Of a stretch of 64,000 nt of DNA, positions 36,636 to 47,532 are shown piece by piece. Origin of the DNA: an uncultured Gammaproteobacteria bacterium. Its GTDB lineage: Bacteria; Patescibacteriota; Microgenomatia; Levybacterales; GWA1-39-11. The DNA lies in contig CAYPEN010000003.1 of assembly GCA_964409875.1 (NCBI GenBank), positions 557 through 64,556 on the forward strand. The letters are read 5' to 3'. Each line of letters opens with the position of its first letter. The stretch's first letter is position 1. Below the pieces are notes generated by a model. It saw only the letters and a list, made by a program, of their open reading frames with translations, was not told the DNA's origin and did not search any database. The translations under genes were made by a program, and so were the position numbers.

Positions 36636-37985
36636 ATGAGGCAGAAAGCAAAATTTATCGTTTTCAACATTTGGCTATTTTTTCTTCTAGGGTTAATCTT
36701 TCACACTTCAAGAAATCCCCAAATTCTTACAAAATATTCTATAAAGTACTTTTTTGCATTGCTGATTTTCGCATTCCTCCTTTTCCCGCTTTTGAAAGTA
36801 ATTAGTTATATTTTTTCCGAATCGACTTTTAGATACAAAAAAAAGAAATTTTTACTTTCCCCGAATAGAAAAATTATCCTAATAACACTTATCATAACTG
36901 AAATATTTCTTCCTATTGAATTTTTTTTGAGGTACAAATATCGTAATTTTGAATCGAACTCTTATCAGTATACTATCGAATATTTTCACCCATATCTTCA
37001 AGCACAACTTGTTTCGGATAGAGAACTTCATGTTAATTCTCTGGGATTTAGGGGGGATGAAATTGCCATAAAGAAACCGGAAAACACATATAGAATTGTT
37101 ATTGTCGGTGGCTCTACTGTGCTTAATCGCGAAGTTTCCTATGAGAAAAACGCTGCCAGATTGTTGGAAAAAAAATTACGCGTTGAGTACCCTGATAAAA
37201 GAATTGAGGTTATTAATGCGGGGAAAGACGGGTATAATTCAGAACATTCCATTATACAGTACCTATTCAATATAAAAGACCTTTCTCCCGATCTAATCAT
37301 TATGTGGCAAGGTATAAATGATTTTTATCTTTCATGTACACCTTCAGACAATGAATACGGAACTTTCAAGAGGGATTATTCCCATGCTTTCGGTGCACTG
37401 ATGCGGATGGCAATAGATTACTTTAAACCCCAGCCGTTGGTTTCTTTCAAATCAGTTGCGTGGGATATTGTAGTAAAAAATCTTAGAGACAATTTATATT
37501 CGGATTTCGTAATCCCCTATAAAGAAAAAGCTTTTACAATGCTTGCGGAGAAATATAGGCAGGGAGGTAAGGAATATACTGATGTAAGCGAGTTTCCAAG
37601 CCTTTCGACATATTCTCGGAATTTAAATTCTTTCATTCACTCGGTAAAAGCTGACGGAGTACACCTAATACTTGGTAACCAAGCCAATTTATACAAGAAC
37701 AATGTATCCGTTGATGAGGCAAAGAAATTAATTTTCCCAAATCTGGTATGTAGAAAGAATGGAAAATATTACAGCATGCGATCAATCAAAAACGGTGTTG
37801 AGCAATTCAATAATGTAACACAAAAAACCGCTGAGGAAAACAAAGTTCCCTTTATCGATTTTGATGCAATACTACCAAAAAATCTAGGATATTTTATGGA
37901 TAGTGTTCATTACACAGAAAAAGGGAATGCGCTTATTGCCTCTACAATTTTCGATTATATAAAAGAGAGCCATTTGATCGACTGA
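36636..37985 (+). CDS. membrane-anchored SGNH/GDSL-family hydrolase (paralog of 30446..31816)
   Basis: IVIVGGSTVLN...MWQGINDFYLS; alignable with 30446..31816 over the N-terminal TM and catalytic blocks. Confidence 0.6.
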   Translation: MRQKAKFIVFNIWLFFLLGLIFHTSRNPQILTKYSIKYFFALLIFAFLLFPLLKVISYIFSESTFRYKKKKFLLSPNRKIILITLIITEIFLPIEFFLRYKYRNFESNSYQYTIEYFHPYLQAQLVSDRELHVNSLGFRGDEIAIKKPENTYRIVIVGGSTVLNREVSYEKNAARLLEKKLRVEYPDKRIEVINAGKDGYNSEHSIIQYLFNIKDLSPDLIIMWQGINDFYLSCTPSDNEYGTFKRDYSHAFGALMRMAIDYFKPQPLVSFKSVAWDIVVKNLRDNLYSDFVIPYKEKAFTMLAEKYRQGGKEYTDVSEFPSLSTYSRNLNSFIHSVKADGVHLILGNQANLYKNNVSVDEAKKLIFPNLVCRKNGKYYSMRSIKNGVEQFNNVTQKTAEENKVPFIDFDAILPKNLGYFMDSVHYTEKGNALIASTIFDYIKESHLID

Positions 37986-37987
37986 CT

Positions 37988-40225
37988 ATGGATAAAAAGA
38001 TAAAAGTTTCAGTTATTTATGTTTATTATAATACGCCACAGGATTTAACTCGGTCGGTTACATCCCTTTTGGATAATTCTCAAGGTGTCGCATTAGAAAT
38101 AATTATCGTAGATAATAATTCCCCCAAAAAAATTCCCAGTTCATTGGAGAGAAGAAAGGGTGTAAGGATTATCAAGGCAAAGAAAAATGCGGGATTTGGA
38201 GCAGGTTGTAATATTGGGGCAAAGGCCGCTCGGGGAGTCTATCTGTTATTCCTCAACCCCGACACTCTTGTTTATCAAGATGCAATTCATGAGATGCTAA
38301 AAACATTAAAAAACACGAAGGTTGGGATAGTAGGCCCCAAGATGGTAAGTGAGAAGGGGAGTACTCTTCCAACAATAAGTACCTTTCTAACATTCCCAAA
38401 ACTCTTAGTAGTGTATTCATTTCTTAATACCATTTTTAAATACAACCCTGTTTCAAAACGCTTTTGGCTTCTTAGTGCAGATAGAGATAAAGAGCAAAGA
38501 GTCGATGTTTTAAGCGGAGCATGCTTAATGTTAAAAAAAACGGTATTTGAAAAAATTGACGGATTTGATGAGCGGTTTTTTATGTATTTTGAAGAGCATG
38601 ATTTATGTATTAAGGTAAAAAAGGCGGGGCTTAAAGCAATATATAATCCAAAAGCAAAAATCACACATTTAATCGGAAGAAGCTTAAATGACAAAAGGAA
38701 AATAAAAAAATATTTTCAAGAGAGTAGATTTTTATACTCAAAAAAACATTTTGGGTTTAAAAAGGCAATTATTTCTGAATTTTTTTTGCGTTATATTACA
38801 ACTTCAAATATTTTTGCCGCTTTAACATTCATATTCTCTCTATTCTTGAATACCTATAAGCAAGACCGATTGATGCTTTTAATTGGGGATGCAGCACGGG
38901 ACTTTCTTGCTGCAAGGGATATGTTGTTAACGCAGACAATCCCTCTTGTTGGTATTCCCTCTTCCGTACCGTGGCTGCATCAAGGACCGATATCTGTGTA
39001 CGGTATAGGGCTCGCATTTTTATTGTCAAAATTTAATCCGATCGCACCAGGAATTTTGTTTGGAATTGTAGGTGCGATTACAACCGTATTTGTATATTCC
39101 TTAACCAAAAAGTATCTTAATGATGCAACAGCTGTTATTGCAGCTCTTCTTTATGCAACGTCTCCAATGGTTGTTGTAAACGCACGAATGCCATATCACA
39201 CTTCGTTAATTCCTTTTTTTAGTATTGTTTTCTTTTTTGTTTTTGCGGCTTCCCTTAAAAAGCCGAAAATTCTACCATATGCTTTTTTTGCTTTCGGACT
39301 TCTCATGCAAGTAGAACTTTCCAATATAGTGGTTTTTGCTATCATGGCAGTCTTGCTTTACATCAATAAAACGAAAATCAGCAGGAGAACGATTTATGCA
39401 TCCGTTCTTTCGTTTATGATAGGGATAGTACCGTTTATCTTGTATGAACTATTTTATGGGCCGTCCTATATTAAATTCCCATTATGGATTGTAAATAGAA
39501 TAAGACTATTTTTCGGCCTTACGTTGCATCATTCATCAACCACCTCATCATTGCCAAACGCACTTTCCACAATATACCAGCAGATCAGTGGAACTATATT
39601 TCCTCAAACTCACATTGTTGGACTTTTTATATTTTTAGTATCACTTTTTTTTCTTATTGCTAAGTCAAGAAGTAAGTATGAAAAAGGATTTTACCCCATA
39701 ATTTTATTGTGGATAACTATTCCACTCATCGCTTTTTCATTGCATGCTTCCCCCGGCACAGCATACTTTGGTCTTTTGTATCCTGCGATTATTATGCTTA
39801 TTGCAATATTTTTTGATGAGTTAATACGGATTAATAAAATGTTTTTCTTGTTTATTGTATTTATTGTATGTTTCAATTCGCTTCTTCTCATTAAAAATGA
39901 TTTTTTTGTTTCGAGTGAGAAGGGTGCGCATCCAATGCCGCCAACTTACTATAATTTTGGAATCTCATGGAAATTAAGTGATGATGTTTCAAAAGCAATA
40001 GTTTTAGATGCGGGAGAAAAAAGCTTTCGCCTTCTAGGAAAAGGTGGCCTTACGCTCTATAAAACAAGCATTGATCCCTATGTATATTTAGTGTGGTTTC
40101 ATGGAGGTAAAATATCCGATACTGCGACTTTGGTTTACGAAATTTATCCACCTAGAACACAAAATTTAACTGCTAAAAAAATTATATTTCGAGGAGAGGG
40201 CGGTATAGTTGTAAAAAATGAATAA
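37988..40225 (+). CDS. fusion of N-terminal GT2 (Dpm1-like) domain and C-terminal polytopic GT-C-like membrane domain
   Basis: VSVIYVYYNTPQDL...IIVDNNS GT-A part (about 250 aa) followed by more than 10 TM helices. Confidence 0.6.
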   Translation: MDKKIKVSVIYVYYNTPQDLTRSVTSLLDNSQGVALEIIIVDNNSPKKIPSSLERRKGVRIIKAKKNAGFGAGCNIGAKAARGVYLLFLNPDTLVYQDAIHEMLKTLKNTKVGIVGPKMVSEKGSTLPTISTFLTFPKLLVVYSFLNTIFKYNPVSKRFWLLSADRDKEQRVDVLSGACLMLKKTVFEKIDGFDERFFMYFEEHDLCIKVKKAGLKAIYNPKAKITHLIGRSLNDKRKIKKYFQESRFLYSKKHFGFKKAIISEFFLRYITTSNIFAALTFIFSLFLNTYKQDRLMLLIGDAARDFLAARDMLLTQTIPLVGIPSSVPWLHQGPISVYGIGLAFLLSKFNPIAPGILFGIVGAITTVFVYSLTKKYLNDATAVIAALLYATSPMVVVNARMPYHTSLIPFFSIVFFFVFAASLKKPKILPYAFFAFGLLMQVELSNIVVFAIMAVLLYINKTKISRRTIYASVLSFMIGIVPFILYELFYGPSYIKFPLWIVNRIRLFFGLTLHHSSTTSSLPNALSTIYQQISGTIFPQTHIVGLFIFLVSLFFLIAKSRSKYEKGFYPIILLWITIPLIAFSLHASPGTAYFGLLYPAIIMLIAIFFDELIRINKMFFLFIVFIVCFNSLLLIKNDFFVSSEKGAHPMPPTYYNFGISWKLSDDVSKAIVLDAGEKSFRLLGKGGLTLYKTSIDPYVYLVWFHGGKISDTATLVYEIYPPRTQNLTAKKIIFRGEGGIVVKNE

Positions 40226-43028
40226 ACTACTGCTTGCGTTGATTTTATTGACCATATGCTTAACAAGCGTTGCATACTACTTAAAAGTAATATACTTTCC
40301 TTTTGACATTCTCAATTTGTTGCCTTCATACCACACGAAGGCTTCGTTTATCCCACACAATACGCTAGTGTCAGATCCCGTATTCCAGTTTGAACCATGG
40401 AGACATTTTGTTGCAATTAACATTTACAAAGGTATATTTCCTCTTTGGAATAATTTAAATGCTGGGGGAGTTCCGTTATTTGCAAATGCTCAGTCTTCCG
40501 TGCTTTTTCCTCTAAACTTTATCTACTATGTCCTGCCACCTTCGGTATCTCTAAATCTTATTCCGCTGGTGAAATTAGATTTACTTTTTCTTTTTTCGTT
40601 CTTATATTTAAGAAGCCTAAAAATTTCAAGTGCTGTTTCGTGCGTGGGGGCATTGGCGGTTTGTTTCGCTGGTTTTTCCATGGTTTGGCTGCTTTGGCCA
40701 CATACCAATGTTTATATTTTTCTTCCGTTATTTCTTTTTATAACTGAAAAAATAAGAGACGACAGTAAAAGAAAGATGTGGGGTGTAGCATTGTCATTCA
40801 GCTATTGTATTGCGATTTTTGGAGGGCACTATGAGACGCTGTTACACATAATGCTACTGCATATCCCCTATGCATTTTTGAGATTGCAGTTTGATGTTAG
40901 AAAATTTCTTTCATTCCTATTGTTTGTAATCTTAGGGATTCTTCTTTCTTCGGTGCAACTTGTTCCTTTTTTAGAGTATTTTCTTAATAGTTCGGCATTT
41001 GCATACAGGATGCATTCTTCATATTTATATCTTCCACTTCAGAGTTCCGTTTTAAATATTCTACCATTCCTTTCGGGGGCTCCTCATTTGTCTCATTATC
41101 GTCCAATTGTCACTGTTACCAATTTTCAGGAATCAATAGGTGGTTATACGGGAACCATTATCATATTAACTGCGTTTGTGGGAGCGGTAACATTAGGCAA
41201 GAAGATATCGCTCATTAAAATCTGGTCCACAAATGCTGTAATATTTTGGCTTCTTGCGTTTAAAATTTGGCCATTTGGCCTTTTATTAGAGTTGCCTTTA
41301 ATGTCACAAGTACAGAATAGCAGACTTTCGTCAATAGCAGCTTTTGCAACAGTTATAGTCTTTACAATGACAATTGAAAAAAAATCTATTCTCTTAAAAA
41401 AAGGAAAAAAAATTCTTCCACTGACATTTGGACTGGTTACTTTCGGGCTTTTTTGTTCCGTATTGTTCATTGAAATCCTTACAATTGCTACCAAGTTTAA
41501 TATTTTCCGACACCCGTATATTACTCAATTAAATACACATATTATATTCATCGCATTTACGACATTACTATTTATTCCTGCTCTCTATATAAAAAAAATT
41601 AGGTTTAATATCATTTTCATTATAGTACTTATCACTCTTCAAACATTTTACTTGTTTGCCGGGTATGTTCCTTTTCTAAATGCTTCGGATTACTATCCAA
41701 ACTCTTCGGTGATAGAAAAACTTAAGACACTTCCAAGGGGTACTATTTTGGAAGTAGGAAATCCTTCGATACCTCCTGACATTAATTTAATGTATGATCT
41801 TCCATTAGCACAGAATTATGATGGTATAGAAGTAAAAAAATACCAGGAGGAATTCAATAAGGCATTTCCCAGCAAAAACCATTGGGGGAAAGTGGAATCA
41901 GTCGATATAAAAAGTCTTAAGAAATTTGGAATCTCATACGTTTTATCCGATTACAATATTAACAATCAACGACAGGAAATCCAGTCAGATATCTCTTCAA
42001 TAATTGGTCCAATAAAAAATGGTTTCCAAACTTCGGTAACTTTTCGGCCTTTGCAACAAAAAATATCGCAAGTTAGATTTCTTACAGCTAATTATAATAA
42101 AAAAAACTCATGTACTCTTACTGTTGCTATTTCCAATAATTTAGATGGTATTAATGTATTAAGCAGGAAGATTAATTGTAGTGAGCTGTTGGATAAGATG
42201 TTTTATACACTTACTGTTCCGAATACTACTCTTAATATTAATAGCACTTATAGGCTGACATTTACATCAAATGGGACCGATAATAACACCGTAGGATTAT
42301 GGGGTAGCGAGGGAAAACCATTTGTTGAAATACTGTATTCTAACGAAAGGCCTTACGAGTTAATTGGAGTCTACAATACTATTTGGCTTTTTAGGGTACC
42401 CAACTCTTCATTAGTTAATTTGGATGGGGATTATAAGATTTTACAAAATGAAAGCAATAAGTTAACAATACTTTATACGTCCTCTACTAACAGGGATATA
42501 GAAATAAAGAAAACGTATTATCCAGGGTGGAGTGCGAGCTTGGATTCCGAAAAAATTCCGGTTTTACAGTCAAACCCATTTATAAAAATTGGTGGAAAAA
42601 GAGGAACTCACGTTTTGTCCCTTTATTATCAACCTTTCTCTTTCAAAGTAGGAAGCCTTGTTTCAGTGTTTGTGTTTATTTTATTATCTATTTTTTTGAT
42701 AAGAGCTGAGAAAGAACAGACCTGGTATAAAAAGCTCAGTAAACAATACTCAAAATCCCCGTTTTCTATATTGAAAAAAGAGAACAGAGGGAAGGTTGTA
42801 ATGACGTTTTCTACTTCTCTTATTTTGTGTTTAATTATTTTTTTCATTGTTATTAATTTTTTACCTACGAAAGATATTCTTCTGTCATCTACTTCAATTA
42901 ATTGGCTTACCCTCCATAAACATTCGCTTGAGTTCGATTATCTTTTTATATTCATTCTGATCTTATTAATAGTTGCGGGTGTACTTGTTTCGTGGGTAAT
43001 TATTTTATGGAGAGAAGGCACAAAATAA
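40218..43028 (+). CDS. very large polytopic membrane protein (YfhO-like / GT-C-like) with C-terminal extracytoplasmic domain
   Basis: 936 aa, more than 14 TM, N/T-rich beta-like middle region; related to 23347..25107. Confidence 0.4.
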   Translation: MNKLLLALILLTICLTSVAYYLKVIYFPFDILNLLPSYHTKASFIPHNTLVSDPVFQFEPWRHFVAINIYKGIFPLWNNLNAGGVPLFANAQSSVLFPLNFIYYVLPPSVSLNLIPLVKLDLLFLFSFLYLRSLKISSAVSCVGALAVCFAGFSMVWLLWPHTNVYIFLPLFLFITEKIRDDSKRKMWGVALSFSYCIAIFGGHYETLLHIMLLHIPYAFLRLQFDVRKFLSFLLFVILGILLSSVQLVPFLEYFLNSSAFAYRMHSSYLYLPLQSSVLNILPFLSGAPHLSHYRPIVTVTNFQESIGGYTGTIIILTAFVGAVTLGKKISLIKIWSTNAVIFWLLAFKIWPFGLLLELPLMSQVQNSRLSSIAAFATVIVFTMTIEKKSILLKKGKKILPLTFGLVTFGLFCSVLFIEILTIATKFNIFRHPYITQLNTHIIFIAFTTLLFIPALYIKKIRFNIIFIIVLITLQTFYLFAGYVPFLNASDYYPNSSVIEKLKTLPRGTILEVGNPSIPPDINLMYDLPLAQNYDGIEVKKYQEEFNKAFPSKNHWGKVESVDIKSLKKFGISYVLSDYNINNQRQEIQSDISSIIGPIKNGFQTSVTFRPLQQKISQVRFLTANYNKKNSCTLTVAISNNLDGINVLSRKINCSELLDKMFYTLTVPNTTLNINSTYRLTFTSNGTDNNTVGLWGSEGKPFVEILYSNERPYELIGVYNTIWLFRVPNSSLVNLDGDYKILQNESNKLTILYTSSTNRDIEIKKTYYPGWSASLDSEKIPVLQSNPFIKIGGKRGTHVLSLYYQPFSFKVGSLVSVFVFILLSIFLIRAEKEQTWYKKLSKQYSKSPFSILKKENRGKVVMTFSTSLILCLIIFFIVINFLPTKDILLSSTSINWLTLHKHSLEFDYLFIFILILLIVAGVLVSWVIILWREGTK

Positions 43029-44539
43029 TTTTGCTAATAGTAGCTTTCATTTGGTTTATGGTATTTGGAAATAATGGCCAAAGTGCTTTTTTTGGTGATA
43101 TCAATTTTATCGATGAGGGACAATTTGCCGCATGGGTGGGGCATATGTTGCAAGGACAAATTATTTACAAAGATTTTTATGTTCAGTATGGACCCTTAAT
43201 GATCTATCCAATTTATTTTCTGATGAAGTTGTTCGGTGTTTCGTTTTTTTATATTCGATTTTGGTCTCTATTTGGTGCGTTTCTTGGATATATTATCGGA
43301 ATTTATACACTAAATAGATTAGGTATAAAAAATACCTGGTTTTGGATAAGTGCCGTATCACTTCTTATAATTCCTGGTATTCATATAAGACAATGGATAG
43401 GAATTTTAGTGCTGCTTTTATTAATGATTTATGTAGAAAAGAAAAATTTCATATTGGGTCTATTCACTGGACTTGTAGTTGCATTGGCCCTTTTTCAGAG
43501 TGTTGAAATAGGAATATTCACATTAATTGTCGTTTGCTTATATTCCTATTTCAAACTTGTAAATAGTAAAAAAATAATTGATAGCATTAAGTTGTTGTAT
43601 CCAATATATTTATGCCTAATTATCTCTATTATGTTATTTTTTCTTTTATTCCATAGTCAGGGATGGTTAAAAGAATATATATCAACTACAGTAGGATTTG
43701 CATCTTCAATTTCGGGAATGGATTTGCCGAATGGACAGGGATTGCCTTTTGTATTCCAAAATACCGCTAGCCATTTTTCAGTGCTATCTCTTGCAAAGGA
43801 TATTATTTCAAAAAATATGCTTTTCTTTTGGTCATTCGGAATTTTATCCGTTATGCTTTCTGTGCTTTTTATTAGAATAACTTTAAAGCAAAAAAGGAAT
43901 GAGGATATTTTTGCTCTCCTTATCACGATATTTTCTTTATTAATTTATATTAGTATCATTGGTCGTTCTGGGCACTATATTACAGTATTCCCATTCGTAG
44001 TGGTACTGGGAGCATATATGTGCAAAGCACTCTTAGCAAGCAAAAAATTGTATACACTTTCTCTACTACTTTTTGCGCTTTTTATCGTGCGACATGTTGC
44101 GATATATCGGTTTTCTATTATCCCAAATTTCAACGAAAAGGGAAAAGTTACACTTGCAAGGACGTATCCATTAAAAATGGACAGCGGCGACGCAAAAGAT
44201 ATCAGTTCATTAAAAGAGTATCTAGATACTAACTCAAAAAAAATCGAATCAATTTATGTATTAAATAATGTCCCAGCGTTGTATTTTCTTTTAGAAAGAG
44301 CTAATGCTACAAAATTTGATTTACCTTTGCTTGCAGGAACAGTCGACAAAAGAATGCAAGTCGTAAACGAGCTGATAAATAATAAGCCGAGCTATATTAT
44401 TGAAGATGAAAAAGCTTGGTCTGTTGATGGAATAGGTGATTCTAAGCGAATGCCCGAGGTTTTTGGGTACGTTCATTCTAACTATCAATTATCCGTTAAA
44501 TTCGGAAGATTTTTACTCTATAAAATAAACTCTAAATGA
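42992..44539 (+). CDS. polytopic membrane protein, GT-C-like (PMT_2/ArnT-like DE motif)
   Basis: First loop FIDEGQFAAWVGHMLQGQIIYKDFYVQYGPLMIY resembles the GT-C DE...Y...G...P loop. Confidence 0.45.
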   Translation: MGNYFMERRHKIILLIVAFIWFMVFGNNGQSAFFGDINFIDEGQFAAWVGHMLQGQIIYKDFYVQYGPLMIYPIYFLMKLFGVSFFYIRFWSLFGAFLGYIIGIYTLNRLGIKNTWFWISAVSLLIIPGIHIRQWIGILVLLLLMIYVEKKNFILGLFTGLVVALALFQSVEIGIFTLIVVCLYSYFKLVNSKKIIDSIKLLYPIYLCLIISIMLFFLLFHSQGWLKEYISTTVGFASSISGMDLPNGQGLPFVFQNTASHFSVLSLAKDIISKNMLFFWSFGILSVMLSVLFIRITLKQKRNEDIFALLITIFSLLIYISIIGRSGHYITVFPFVVVLGAYMCKALLASKKLYTLSLLLFALFIVRHVAIYRFSIIPNFNEKGKVTLARTYPLKMDSGDAKDISSLKEYLDTNSKKIESIYVLNNVPALYFLLERANATKFDLPLLAGTVDKRMQVVNELINNKPSYIIEDEKAWSVDGIGDSKRMPEVFGYVHSNYQLSVKFGRFLLYKINSK

Positions 44540-45275
44540 GTTGTTTAAGAAGTGCTGAGACATTGAATATCCTGTTTTTAGATATAGCTAGTAGAAACCA
44601 GGGGCTGTATGCGACAATTGAACGTCCTAACTTAAAATTCGTTTTCCCATGCTGTCTGTCTCTCCATACTGTAGGTATTTCAGCAATTCTTCCACCAAGA
44701 AGATGTGCTTTTGAGACTATCTCAAGCGTAACACTAAAACTTATTTTGCTTTTTAGATGCATTTTTTTTAAGATTTTTTTTGAGTACATTTTGTAGCTGT
44801 TGGTTGGGTCATTAGTTTTAATCCCTGTAAATAATTTCAGAAGATTTCCTGCTGTTCTCGGAAGCCAAACCTTGAAATGCGCATTCAGTTCCTGCCTCCC
44901 TCCTTTGGTATAGCGTGAGGGACACACTATGTCAAATTTCTCAGGAACCATTTTACACATGGTGTCCACTTGCGTGATGTCATCACACAAATCTGCCATC
45001 ATGATAAGGATACGAGGGGAGTTTGCTGAATTTATCCCTGTTCTTATGGCTCCGGATGGCCCTACTGCTACATTGTTTTTTATAGCAACAAAGTTTGAGT
45101 ATTTCTTTTTTATTTTTTTAAGTACAGGAAGCGTTGAATCTGTGTCGTTATCATATACAATTATAATTTCACATGAAGTTTTGATATTCTTTTTAATGCT
45201 TTCTAGAGTGTAAAGAATATTTTCTGCCTCGTTATATACAGGAATTACGATTGAAAGATCTTTTGGCTTTTTCAT
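44532..45275 (-). CDS. GT2 polyprenyl-phosphate sugar synthase-like (Dpm1/GtrB-like)
   Basis: LSIVIPVYNEAENI; 247 aa soluble GT-A. Confidence 0.75.
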   Translation of the reverse strand: MKKPKDLSIVIPVYNEAENILYTLESIKKNIKTSCEIIIVYDNDTDSTLPVLKKIKKKYSNFVAIKNNVAVGPSGAIRTGINSANSPRILIMMADLCDDITQVDTMCKMVPEKFDIVCPSRYTKGGRQELNAHFKVWLPRTAGNLLKLFTGIKTNDPTNSYKMYSKKILKKMHLKSKISFSVTLEIVSKAHLLGGRIAEIPTVWRDRQHGKTNFKLGRSIVAYSPWFLLAISKNRIFNVSALLKQLI

Positions 45276-46540
45276 CTCACAATATGAGGTGTTGGAAGCG
45301 GAACAATGAATTTCCCATTATATCCTTTTTCTTTAAGTTTTGGGATTAAATCCTTTGCGATATGCCATGAGAGGAGTAAGGCATAATCCGGCTGATCTTT
45401 AATAAGTTTCTCTTCATCAAAAACAGGAATCAGTGTTCCCGGCATATATTTTCCAATTTTTTTTGAACCTTTGGTTTCTAAGACGCAAGGCATGATATCA
45501 TTCCCAAGCCCCACATACTTAATAAGAGTGCATCCTCTCGCAGGAGCACCGATGCCATATATATTCTGGCCTTTCTTTTGGACAGTATATAGTAAATTGT
45601 ATAACTTTAATTTAGAAGAGAGTACATTATTTTTAAATTCTTCAAAATTTTTAATGTTCGTTACCTTATTTTTTTCAAGGCTTAAAAGGTCTTTGACATT
45701 TTTGTTAATGTTGTATTTACCCTTTCTTGCTGCATAAACGCGAATAGAACCCCCATGTGGTGGAATTTCTCTCGCATAAAAAATTTCAAGCCCGTGCATT
45801 TCCAGTAAGTATTTAAGAGAGTGGAGCGAGTAATATCTTAGATGTTCATGATATATTGTATCGTACTGAACTGTTTTTATTAGCGAGAGGAGATAGTGTG
45901 ACTCGGAGATAAAGACCCCATCATTTGCTAAAATTTTTTTTATGTTTTTTATGACATTGTTTATATCCTCAATATGGGCAAAAACATTTGTTGCAGTGAT
46001 AATTTTTGCTTTCCCATACTTTTTTATTACTGTATCTGCTACTTCACCGGAAAAATAATCGAGAATTGTAGGTATTCCGTTTTGAATCGCGATTTTTCCT
46101 ATCTCCTCAGGAGTAATCCCAAGAACTTTATTTGTGTTTTTAAAATTATTCAGAAGATTGCCGTCGTTAGATCCAATATCAATTACTAAGTCACTTTTTT
46201 GGAGAGGGATGAGTGTGGCGCACTCTTCGGATAGTTGCTTGAAATTATCTCTTAAAACTTTAGTCGTGCTACTGGTGTATGGATATTCTTTTGGGAAAAG
46301 TTTTGTTGGGTCAACAATAAGACCGAGTTGTACAAGCTTACATCTTTCGCAAAAAAGTAGTTGAGCAGGATAACTCAATTGCTCTGCAGGAATTGTTCCT
46401 TCGGGAATATATTCATTAACAGGTGGCAAGTAGCCGATAAAAAGAATTGGTTGTAATTTTTGGTATCCACATGTTTGACATCTATCAACAACTATGCTTG
46501 TACCGCTTTTGATTGTTAATTTAACTTTTTTGCTTGTCAT
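45272..46540 (-). CDS. NDP-hexose C-methyltransferase-like (zinc-binding N-domain plus class I SAM MTase plus C-terminal domain)
   Basis: CQTCGYQKL...CERCKLVQL zinc domain (Methyltransf_13-like); VIDIGSNDGNLL SAM motif; 422 aa as for TylCIII-type enzymes. Confidence 0.65.
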   Translation of the reverse strand: MTSKKVKLTIKSGTSIVVDRCQTCGYQKLQPILFIGYLPPVNEYIPEGTIPAEQLSYPAQLLFCERCKLVQLGLIVDPTKLFPKEYPYTSSTTKVLRDNFKQLSEECATLIPLQKSDLVIDIGSNDGNLLNNFKNTNKVLGITPEEIGKIAIQNGIPTILDYFSGEVADTVIKKYGKAKIITATNVFAHIEDINNVIKNIKKILANDGVFISESHYLLSLIKTVQYDTIYHEHLRYYSLHSLKYLLEMHGLEIFYAREIPPHGGSIRVYAARKGKYNINKNVKDLLSLEKNKVTNIKNFEEFKNNVLSSKLKLYNLLYTVQKKGQNIYGIGAPARGCTLIKYVGLGNDIMPCVLETKGSKKIGKYMPGTLIPVFDEEKLIKDQPDYALLLSWHIAKDLIPKLKEKGYNGKFIVPLPTPHIVR

Positions 46541-47489
46541 TCAAGTCATTATTGTACCACATGAAAGTTTTTTTCAAACCATTATTTAAGGATATTTTCG
46601 GAGAAAAACCAAGACGGGTAATTTTGGAAACATCGGGGCATCTTCTCTGAACGCTTCCTTCAGGGATATATGAATGATTGGTAGTTATATCTGCTTTGGC
46701 TATGTCGGCTAACCTTCTGACGAGGGAGTTTATGGTAACTTCTTCTGACGTTCCAATATTATATATTTCCCCATTTATACCTTTTCTCGTAAGTAGCATG
46801 AATGCATTTGCAAAATCTTCAATGTAAATAAATGCTCGAGTGCTACTTCCATCTCCTTGAATTGGAATAGTTATATTTTTGTTTGTTTCTTTTTCGGCCA
46901 AAATTTTTAATATTAATTCCGGTACAACATGCTCCTTCCCCATATTCGGGCCATAGACGTTATGAGGTCGGAATATAACTACTCTATCAAAAATTTTTGC
47001 CCCATTATGGAGTGTTAATAACTCACTTATAATCTTACCGCCTGCATAAGAGAATCTTGGATTATGTGGGTCAGGAATTATGAGAGGTACATTTTCAGGT
47101 GTGGGGATCTTTGGGGGCGTTTGATATACCTCCGAACTTGAAGCTAAAAATAATTCCTTGACTTCATTTTTTTTAGCTCCGTCCAAAATATTTATCATTC
47201 CCTTAACTCCTACCTCAAGGACTAATTCAGGTTTTTCATAAAAAAATTTTGTTCCGTTTATAAAGGCAAGATGTACTATTGAGTCAATATTACGGCACGC
47301 TTTTTCCACCTTTTGCGCATCTCGTATATCGGCCTTTACGTATTCAACATTTGGAAGATGGGTAAGTTTTTGGGAAATACCTCGAAATTCATTATCAAGA
47401 ACCTTTACGTAATTCTTTTCTTCAATGAGGTTTTTTACTATCGAACTACCAATAAATCCGGTTCCACCCGTTACTAAATACCTTTTCAT
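46521..47489 (-). CDS. NAD-dependent NDP-sugar dehydratase/epimerase (extended SDR)
   Basis: YLVTGGTGFIGSSIV; YAGGK catalytic region. Confidence 0.8.
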   Translation of the reverse strand: MKRYLVTGGTGFIGSSIVKNLIEEKNYVKVLDNEFRGISQKLTHLPNVEYVKADIRDAQKVEKACRNIDSIVHLAFINGTKFFYEKPELVLEVGVKGMINILDGAKKNEVKELFLASSSEVYQTPPKIPTPENVPLIIPDPHNPRFSYAGGKIISELLTLHNGAKIFDRVVIFRPHNVYGPNMGKEHVVPELILKILAEKETNKNITIPIQGDGSSTRAFIYIEDFANAFMLLTRKGINGEIYNIGTSEEVTINSLVRRLADIAKADITTNHSYIPEGSVQRRCPDVSKITRLGFSPKISLNNGLKKTFMWYNNDLNDKQKS

Positions 47490-47532
47490 TAGTTAGAGAG
47501 ATTATATATAATTAGGCGCATATTGTAAATTT

